Below are positions 55,083 to 64,000 of a stretch of 64,000 nucleotides of DNA, in pieces. This stretch comes from Eledone cirrhosa (Eukaryota). Where the stretch lies: the NCBI GenBank assembly GCA_964016885.1, contig OZ024741.1:172732001-172796000 (forward strand), given 5' to 3'. The notes beneath the pieces were generated by a model, which was not told the DNA's origin, did not search any database, and was given only the letters and a program-made list of their open reading frames with translations. Both the position numbers and the translations under genes were made by a program. The number at the start of each line of letters is the position of its first letter. The stretch's first letter is position 1.

Positions 55083-56450
55083 CACGCTTATCGGCAAAAT
55101 AATCATGCATGTCTGTGTGTCCAGAGAGCGTCAAAGTGAAAGTAATATAGATAAGCAAAGTAGACTAACTTGGACCAACAACCGATATACTCGCCCTCGC
55201 TATTAATGATAGGCTGTTGCAATCCAAAAACAGCAAATAACAATGAAATACCTAATGCATAAAAGGGATACGGATACAAGCAAAACAACAAATGCAGACT
55301 CTGTAGAATAAATATCGAGGATGTAACCCACATCATAAGCAGCTACCTAAAGATTCCATCACAATATTTTCTTCTTGTGAGGCATGATACAGTAGCCAAA
55401 GCTCAATACAATGCAATCCGTAGAAAGAATAATCATAAGAATAAAAATATAAACAGTTACAATGATATGGAGAGCATGTACATATATAATATGAATAAGA
55501 ACTGGTGGAATGTTCCTGTCAAAACCCTAATAGAATGCAAATATAACAGACCAGACATAATGATATGGGACAGAGGAAAGAAGGCATGCACAATATAATT
55601 GTTTCTACTTTTGGAACAAGGACAGCAATTACCCAGTGCATTACTAGTACTTTATTTTATCGACCCCGTAAGGATGAAAGGCAAAGTTAAGCTCGGCGGG
55701 ATTTGAACTCAGATCGTAAAGGGACGTAACTATGCTGGAAAGCATGGCGTCCGACTCTCTACCGATACTGCCAATAATAATGGGTGTATAAACACATTGG
55801 ACGGAAAAACATGAATATCAGCACACAATGGCAGTCGAACTCACAGCTCTTGTTTGCCGAGTGGGTATGCTGCCAATGAACCAACTTAGCTTTTTCCGTT
55901 ATTCTTAATAAAGGGAGGTAACTCTATGCTTCAAAGCATGGCGTCCGACCCTCTACCGATACTGCCAATCCACCGCCTTGCATGCACAATATAATGCTAA
56001 AGATTATGGTGAACTAATGAGGAATCTGCAGATACTCCACCTTGACTATACAGATAAATTTGAACCTGTCATCAATGGGCCTCTGGGATATATTACAAAC
56101 TTCCACTAACTGCCATCTTGAGAAGTTGGACGTCACAGAAGTAGTCACGAGAGAACACATAGTTAGTAAATTGTGCAAATGCAGATTATTAATAGAACTG
56201 TAAAATTATGTAAAACCTTTCAGAAATTCAGCATGTAATAATTGCACATATACATATATAGACACAAAAGCATATGAACGCGTACACACATAACTCAAAA
56301 CATACAGATCCACGCATGTAATAACATCCATGCCTGCGCACACGTACACAAAAACAAGTAGAGACAGACTTACGTATTTAACTAGTTGATGTTGTCTCTA
56401 AATTCCATTGGAAGAATCTTGTTTCTATGTAAGAAATCGGCTCTCTCACT
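55083..56450 (+). mobile_element. Older, diverged family B copy interrupted by a composite SINE
   Basis: RHDTVAK..WWNVPVK..RPDIMIWD, resuming after 55995 with a diverged C-terminus and 3' UTR. Confidence 0.8.
55600..55979 (-). mobile_element. Composite SINE insertion with 16-bp TSD
   Basis: TSD gcatgcacaatataat at 55584-55599 and 55980-55995. Contains a SINE 5' part, a different A/B-box segment (tggttcattgg...gagttcgact) and a near-complete SINE. Confidence 0.8.
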
Positions 56451-56488
56451 CTCTCCCTCTCCCTCTCCCTCTCATTCTTTTTCTCGCC

Positions 56489-56549
<61 letters not shown>

Positions 56550-56694
56550 GGTTACCATATTTTGACTAAAACCATACATTATTGAAACACGCGGACGAAG
56601 GTTTAACTGTGTGTGATGTATCAACTGAGTTAGCTTCAACCAACAATCTTTTAACATAACGCTTTTTCTCTCTCACTCTCCTACACTCTCTTTT

Positions 56695-56770
<76 letters not shown>

Positions 56771-56848
56771 CTTCTTCTTTCCTCCCTGTAATTCTTATAC
56801 AATTTTTGTTGAGTCTATCGCTATAGACTCACATATACATTTATATAT

Positions 56849-56960
<112 letters not shown>

Positions 56961-57249
56961 GCTGGCAGACAGACAGCGAGACAGAGAAAGAGGGAGGGGT
57001 CGGAATTAGTGCACATTCACATATATGTATATATGTGAATGTGTGACCGTTTGCGTGTGAGTATGACACACAAAATACACATCCGCAATCAAGCACGCTT
57101 ATGCGCACACGCATATACATACATACATACAGAAACAAACATGTGCATACATTATACACAATTACGTGCACCAACGTACGTTCACACATAGATATACACA
57201 GAAATGCAAGCTCACTAACAATTTGATCTATGTAATGTCAAGTAAAAAA

Positions 57250-57450
57250 ACTTCACATAGTCGCTAAACCTACTGGAAATAGTAGCTAAATACCTTCAAA
57301 TCACACTCTACCATCTTAGAAAAGGAAACATTGGATAATGTTAGCCTAAATTCTGTGCACACAAGAATCATATGAGATGGCCACGGCTGGAATATAGTTG
57401 ATCATATATCTATTCTATCAGGATGACCTGGGGCCAAACGGCAACAACAA
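57250..57450 (+). repeat. Dispersed repeat, related to 51860-51970 (-) and 52025-52225 (+)
   Basis: ctactggaaatagtagctaaataccttcaaatcacac resembles ctgctagaaaataggagctaaacgtccctcgtatca. Confidence 0.5.
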
Positions 57451-57997
57451 CTAAAGCTGCAATATTATATTTATTCCAAATGTCTATTTCAACGACAGTA
57501 AAATAACTGATTGGAATATCATCTGTATATGTGTATGTATATGCGTATGTGTAAGCGTTGTTTGATGTGTATCATGTGTATTTGTGTGCGTGTGTGTGTC
57601 TGTATGTGAGTGTGTCTGTGTGTCTGTGTGCAGTTGTGTCTTGTTAGTTGTTGTGTGATATGTGCAGCGTGTGTATCTACGTTGTTTAGTGCGTGTTATG
57701 AGTGAATATGTGAATGTATTTGTTTTTTGTGGGTAGTTGTGCTTCAGTTTGTATTGTTTGATGTGTATCGTGCGCAGTTACGCGTTGTTTTTGCGTAGTA
57801 AAGTGATGTGCGTTGTGTGTGCATGTGTGTATGTAAGAGAGCGAGTATTTGTGTGTGTGTGTGTGCTGGGGTATTGTGGGTAGTTTTGTGATGAGTGGTG
57901 TATTGATGTGTGTTGTGTGTGTCTTGTATGCGATGTGTGGTGTCACCGCCAGAGTAATCTAGGATCTTTTCCTTCTCATTCATTCTCTTCTCTGTAT

Positions 57998-58132
<135 letters not shown>

Positions 58133-59134
58133 TATATATAGGTTATATCCGTAGTAGGTAGAGCACTCAGACTAATGCTTTTCCTGGTTCTTTCCAGTTA
58201 CGTAACAGATACTTAGCGGCATTGGGACATCAGTTAAAAAAATCAGCTCTTGTATTAAGGCAAGTGTATTACATAACCTCTGCAAGATATTCACCATTTT
58301 ATGAATACACATCTTACAAGACACTGCTCCATTCTGTATGGCCTAGAATTTTTCATTGGATGTATATACGTATTATATTTTATTTCATTAACAATTTACA
58401 TTGCGTGACATTCCCTCCATTATTTGTCCGCTAGATATCACAAATATTTTGGAACCCTCGAAACCATCCATCCAATGATTCTCAACACAAGGCAATGTCC
58501 AGCTTCTGTTAAACCACATTGTTAAACCCTTTTTATTTTCTATTTGTCTTCTATTTTCAATGAGACTACCCAAATTAATTCAGGAACAGCTAGTACTACC
58601 AAATGATTATTCTATTTTATCATATTTTGAGGTTTTATTTTTTCTCATTTAGCTTTGTTCTTTCTCTTAAATATTAGTGAAGCCTTCTCTGCAGGGATCG
58701 AAAATCACTGTAAATATGGGCTACAATCATTCATTTATATATTATCATCTTGTATAATCTAAAACTGTAGTGTACAAATCAATTTATATAATTAATAAAT
58801 AATTATTCCATTTAGTAATATTAAACCAACATGAACTTAGATGGTTTCGAATATGGAATGAATTGCTTTGTTATTAAAGATAATTATTGCGGAGATCTGC
58901 CATCTGCCATTCATTACAGCGACTTCAGCGATTTCGTCTGAGCAAATGAATTAAACAATGCAGTTTTATGTAATAGCTAAACAAACATACAGACAACTAT
59001 ACACTAGACAAATAAACAATCCTATATAATTGATAATATATGCTTTATATAAAGGCACTGTTAATTATACACTGAGGCTGTTAATTATACAAAGACGACA
59101 CTTGAAATCATTAATTATATTATTTACAAAGCCG

Positions 59135-59174
<40 letters not shown>

Positions 59175-59374
59175 ACGGCGCGATCTTATTCACCTTTCAT
59201 ACACACACGCACACACACACATATATTCTTACCTATATATTTTTTTATACAAATTTTACTTTTCTTTGGTTCCATCTATATTCCTCTAGTTGTTCTATTT
59301 TTAGAACAAATTATTCCTCTTGAACAAAGAAATACATATTTAGGATTGTTCTATACTATTTTACTAGATATAAC

Positions 59375-59531
59375 TGTTTCTACTTTAGGCACAAGGCCAG
59401 CAATTACGCAGTGCATTACTGGTACTTTATTTTATCGACCCCGTAAGGATGAAAGGCAAAGTCAACCTCGGCGGGATTTGAACTCAGATCGTAAAGAGAC
59501 GTAACTATGCTGGAAAGCATGGCGTCCGACC
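59375..59531 (-). mobile_element. 5'-truncated SINE with 11-bp TSD
   Basis: ctagatataac at 59364-59374 and 59532-59542. Confidence 0.9.
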
Positions 59532-60044
59532 CTAGATATAACACACTGATATCTGCACCCCTTTTCTTCCAACTTTAATCTTCCTTGACCGGCCACACTT
59601 TTCTATACAATCTGTCTAAATTCCTTTACACTCGCAACTTTCTTTTCTTTTCTTAAAACTCATTCGATACCTCATCCCCTGACTGCTAATTTATTCATTT
59701 ACTACTACCAGCTTAATGATCTATATTGCCCCTTCCTATTTTTACTATTGGTCAATCTCAACCTTATTCTTAAAAGGTTACTTATTCATACATGTTTTTA
59801 TATTCTTCAATAAACAAAACTCATTATTTCTGAAGACCGCGGGTAGGGAAGACGTATGTATATTTTTCTTACTTGAAAATTTGTAATATATTTTACATAG
59901 ATCACTAATAGAATGTACATACGGAGAACTACCCCCCCCCCCCCAGAAACGATCGTAAAATAATGAGTTTTACTATGAATTACCCGTATTTTGTTTAACT
60001 TCATTGTTTTCACTATTTGTAGTATATATATATAAACATATATA

Positions 60045-60172
60045 TAACGAAGGAATTGTGGTAAGGAACCAGATGGACCATAACGCACTAGAGTACTCAA
60101 TACTTAGGGTAATAGAGTGGGTAATAGGAAAAAGTATGACCCTGCCGTCGGGGTCATACTTTTTCCTATTAC
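60045..60172. repeat. Hairpin-plus-tail insertion in (TA)n (22-bp arms 60121-60142 and 60151-60172)
   Basis: gtaataggaaaaagtatgaccc / gggtcatactttttcctattac; tail homologous to 23918-24000. Confidence 0.8.
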
Positions 60173-61054
60173 ATATATATATATATATATATGATAAAAT
60201 CATATCCGGGTGTAGAGAGCATAGAGGCAACCCAGTTTGCGTAAATGTGTTTATGAATTTACATATTGAGTATTGAGAAATGTAAACAATGTATCTCCTG
60301 TAAACACAAAAATGATAAATACATGTAACTGGTTTTGAAGCCTAGTTGGGCTGTTATCACAAGGCATATATATCATGAAGAAATTCGTAAACGAGGGGTC
60401 TTATATATTCGATAACTTATTGTAATATCCTAAAATAGACATACTAATTTTCATATTATTAGCGCTCCTGGTAGTAGTTAATTAATATATAAATTAAGAT
60501 ATACGCTAAGCAGCCGAAGTATATAAATTTATACTTGGAGTTTGTAGATATTTAAACATGCTAAATATATGTATCTCCCTGTGAAATGAAAAAATAAATA
60601 ATATCATTAACCAGTTTTCAAGCCTAATTGTGTTCATCAGAGATAATTTTATCATATACTTCATCTGCTTAGCGAATAATATGCAAATTAGTACGTCAAT
60701 TTCAGGATGATACTTTAAGGGATATTGCGTATTTTTTGTGTTGTTTAGATGATAAACTTGCCTCCTGATGAAAGAACAACTAGACGTAAAAAGCTGTTAA
60801 AGGTATGATGTTTCTTTTTCAATTTACAAGGAGATACGTATATTTTGTATGTTTACATGTTTACACACTCAATGTGCAAATACATCTTCACATATGCGCA
60901 ATCTCCATAACATGGAACCGGGAAATTGCAATAAACACCTAACCCTATCAGTGAAGCCCTTTAGTATAGGTCAACTAACAGAAAATTGTATTACGTTTAC
61001 GAAAAAAAATTCTAAATAAGCCTACATGGTAAAAATTTAAAACTATCAAACGGT

Positions 61055-61120
61055 CATCGGGGTCATCTGGCTGGTCTGGCGAGCAGGATGTGGCCCGCGG
61101 GCCACCTGTTGCACGCCCCT
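61055..61120. mobile_element. Isolated end of a hAT-type MITE
   Basis: tggcccgcgggccacctgttgcacgcccctg followed by the Buster-type target gtctagag; no partner end found. Confidence 0.5.
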
Positions 61121-61393
61121 GGTCTAGAGGTATCATGAATTTACAATATACAACAGCTGTGGAGAGACAAAATCTTCTAAGTAGGCAGGTAGAATGGTGG
61201 TTTGCAATACATAATGGGACAAACCTTGCTGAATTTGCAAACGCCTACTTCGTGGTTTGCGAACATAGCTTTATTCACTATATATTGTCTGGACGATCAT
61301 ATCTACATTTACTTGCGTGAAACTACCCATAACGATGAGTGAATCACCATGTTCTTTATGTATTGAATGATATGTTCTTAAGTTTGTAAATTT

Positions 61394-61470
<77 letters not shown>

Positions 61471-61657
61471 TACACACAAATACACACACATGCACGCACA
61501 CACACACACAACACACATATATATATATATAAAAATATATAGACATAGAATATTCGAAAATATTCTGTATGTTTATAATAAACATTTTGAAGACCTAATC
61601 GCTATAGAATAGAATACGTCACGTATTAAAATTAGATTCTCGATAAAAGCAAGGGAA

Positions 61658-61700
61658 GTAATCTACGCGTTTCATTCTCGTTAGAAATCATCAGGACTAC
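61658..61700 (-). ncRNA. Type I hammerhead ribozyme, array copy 1
   Basis: gtagtc-CTGATGA-tttct-aacg-agaat-GAAAC-gc-GTA^gattac; predicted cut between 61664 and 61663. Confidence 0.88.
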
Positions 61701-61967
61701 ATATCCAGTGCTTTTATCGAGAATGACACAGCTAGAGACTTATAGAATACTTAGCTGTGTACAGGAACTGGTTTGAAAGAGCGGTTGCCGGTCCGGCAGA
61801 AATTAGAAATTGGAATAAATGCTCTGAAATAGCGATATATATGTGAATATAGACATAGAATATTCGAAAATATTCTGTATGTTTATAATAAACATTTTGA
61901 AGACCTAATCGCTATAGAATAGAATACGTCACGTATTAAAATTAGATTCTCGATAAAAGCAAGGGAA

Positions 61968-62010
61968 GTAATCTACGCGTTTCATTCTCGTTAGAAATCA
62001 TCAGGACTAC
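61968..62010 (-). ncRNA. Type I hammerhead ribozyme, array copy 2
   Basis: Identical motif, +310. Confidence 0.88.
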
Positions 62011-62277
62011 ATATCCAGTGCTTTTATCGAGAATGACACAGCTAGAGACTTATAGAATACTTAGCTGTGTACAGGAACTGGTTTGAAAGAGCGGTTGCCG
62101 GTCCGGCAGAAATTAGAAATTGGAATAAATGCTCTGAAATAGCGATATATATGTGAATATAGACATAGAATATTCGAAAATATTCTGTATGTTTATAATA
62201 AACATTTTGAAGACCTAATCGCTATAGAATAGAATACGTCACGTATTAAAATTAGATTCTCGATAAAAGCAAGGGAA

Positions 62278-62320
62278 GTAATCTACGCGTTTCATTCTCG
62301 TTAGAAATCATCAGGACTAC
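62278..62320 (-). ncRNA. Type I hammerhead ribozyme, array copy 3
   Basis: Identical motif, +620. Confidence 0.88.
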
Positions 62321-62587
62321 ATATCCAGTGCTTTTATCGAGAATGACACAGCTAGAGACTTATAGAATACTTAGCTGTGTACAGGAACTGGTTTGAAAGA
62401 GCGGTTGCCGGTCCGGCAGAAATTAGAAATTGGAATAAATGCTCTGAAATAGCGATATATATGTGAATATAGACATAGAATATTCGAAAATATTCTGTAT
62501 GTTTATAATAAACATTTTGAAGACCTAATCGCTATAGAATAGAATACGTCACGTATTAAAATTAGATTCTCGATAAAAGCAAGGGAA

Positions 62588-62630
62588 GTAATCTACGCGT
62601 TTCATTCTCGTTAGAAATCATCAGGACTAC
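62588..62630 (-). ncRNA. Type I hammerhead ribozyme, array copy 4
   Basis: Identical motif, +930. Confidence 0.88.
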
Positions 62631-62897
62631 ATATCCAGTGCTTTTATCGAGAATGACACAGCTAGAGACTTATAGAATACTTAGCTGTGTACAGGAACTG
62701 GTTTGAAAGAGCGGTTGCCGGTCCGGCAGAAATTAGAAATTGGAATAAATGCTCTGAAATAGCGATATATATGTGAATATAGACATAGAATATTCGAAAA
62801 TATTCTGTATGTTTATAATAAACATTTTGAAGACCTAATCGCTATAGAATAGAATACGTCACGTATTAAAATTAGATTCTCGATAAAAGCAAGGGAA

Positions 62898-62940
62898 GTA
62901 ATCTACGCGTTTCATTCTCGTTAGAAATCATCAGGACTAC
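62898..62940 (-). ncRNA. Type I hammerhead ribozyme, array copy 5
   Basis: Identical motif, +1240. Confidence 0.88.
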
Positions 62941-63207
62941 ATATCCAGTGCTTTTATCGAGAATGACACAGCTAGAGACTTATAGAATACTTAGCTGTGT
63001 ACAGGAACTGGTTTGAAAGAGCGGTTGCCGGTCCGGCAGAAATTAGAAATTGGAATAAATGCTCTGAAATAGCGATATATATGTGAATATAGACATAGAA
63101 TATTCGAAAATATTCTGTATGTTTATAATAAACATTTTGAAGACCTAATCGCTATAGAATAGAATACGTCACGTATTAAAATTAGATTCTCGATAAAAGC
63201 AAGGGAA

Positions 63208-63250
63208 GTAATCTACGCGTTTCATTCTCGTTAGAAATCATCAGGACTAC
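63208..63250 (-). ncRNA. Type I hammerhead ribozyme, array copy 6
   Basis: Identical motif, +1550; lies in the unpaired 182-bp centre of the large inverted repeat. Confidence 0.88.
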
Positions 63251-63568
63251 ATATCCAGTGCTTTTATCGAGAATGACACAGCTAGAGACTTATAGAATAC
63301 TTAGCTGTGTACAGGAACTGGTTTGAAAGAGCGGTTGCCGGTCCGTCTATTCTATAGCGATTAGGTCTTCAAAATGTTTATTATAAACATACAGAATATT
63401 TTCGAATATTCTATGTCTATATTCACATATATATCGCTATTTCAGAGCATTTATTCCAATTTCTAATTTCTGCCGGACCGGCAACCGCTCTTTCAAACCA
63501 GTTCCTGTACACAGCTAAGTATTCTATAAGTCTCTAGCTGTGTCATTCTCGATAAAAGCACTGGATAT

Positions 63569-63611
63569 GTAGTCCTGATGATTTCTAACGAGAATGAAAC
63601 GCGTAGATTAC
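63569..63611 (+). ncRNA. Type I hammerhead ribozyme, inverted array copy 1
   Basis: gtagtc 63569-74, CTGATGA 63575-81, stem-loop II 63582-95, GAAAC 63596-600, GTA 63603-05, gattac 63606-11; distal stem I 63545-63560 / 63618-63633. Confidence 0.88.
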
Positions 63612-63878
63612 TTCCCTTGCTTTTATCGAGAATCTAATTTTAATACGTGACGTATTCTATTCTATAGCGATTAGGTCTTCAAAATGTTTATTATAAACAT
63701 ACAGAATATTTTCGAATATTCTATGTCTATATTCACATATATATCGCTATTTCAGAGCATTTATTCCAATTTCTAATTTCTGCCGGACCGGCAACCGCTC
63801 TTTCAAACCAGTTCCTGTACACAGCTAAGTATTCTATAAGTCTCTAGCTGTGTCATTCTCGATAAAAGCACTGGATAT

Positions 63879-63921
63879 GTAGTCCTGATGATTTCTAACG
63901 AGAATGAAACGCGTAGATTAC
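63879..63921 (+). ncRNA. Type I hammerhead ribozyme, inverted array copy 2
   Basis: Identical motif, +310; predicted cut after 63915. Confidence 0.88.
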
Positions 63922-64000
63922 TTCCCTTGCTTTTATCGAGAATCTAATTTTAATACGTGACGTATTCTATTCTATAGCGATTAGGTCTTCAAAATGTTTA

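Larger units (their letters stand above)
61541..63345 (-). repeat. Tandem array of 310-bp hammerhead-containing units (5 full units plus 255 bp), retrozyme-like
   Basis: agacatagaatattcg recurs at 61541, 61851, 62161, 62471, 62781 and 63091; units look identical by eye; begins at a TA-rich tract. Confidence 0.97.
63346..64000 (+). repeat. Inverted continuation of the 310-bp array (about 2.1 units, runs off the window)
   Basis: Exact reverse complement, starting at unit position 73 (tctattctatagcgattagg...). Confidence 0.97.

Noticed and set aside
61541-64000. CRISPR-like array
   Set aside because: Units are 310 bp and identical, with no unique spacers or cas genes, in a eukaryotic context.

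Overview
Eukaryotic, AT-rich, microsatellite-dense DNA with no recognisable host exon. The SINE type and the TA/CA/CATA/GATA/ATT satellites suggest an octopod cephalopod (inference from memory, not a search). The window is mostly decayed transposons: two R4/Dong-like RLE LINE families (one in (TAA)n, one in (CATA)n), a full-length but disrupted Tx1-clade LINE in (GATA)n, CR1 and RTE LINEs, a CRE-like fragment, a mariner fragment, a hAT non-autonomous element and about 20 tRNA-derived SINE copies. The standout is at 61541-64000: a tandem array of apparently identical 310-bp non-coding units, each carrying a type I hammerhead ribozyme. The array flips orientation at 63345/63346, giving 8 ribozymes in view. 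A diverged single monomer at 36506-36852 has structure-preserving substitutions. This looks like a retrozyme / Penelope-like ribozyme satellite that could yield 310-nt self-cleaved, possibly circular RNAs. Many small hairpin-plus-tail insertions in (TA)n share the same inverted geometry. Coordinates were read by eye and may be off by a few bases.
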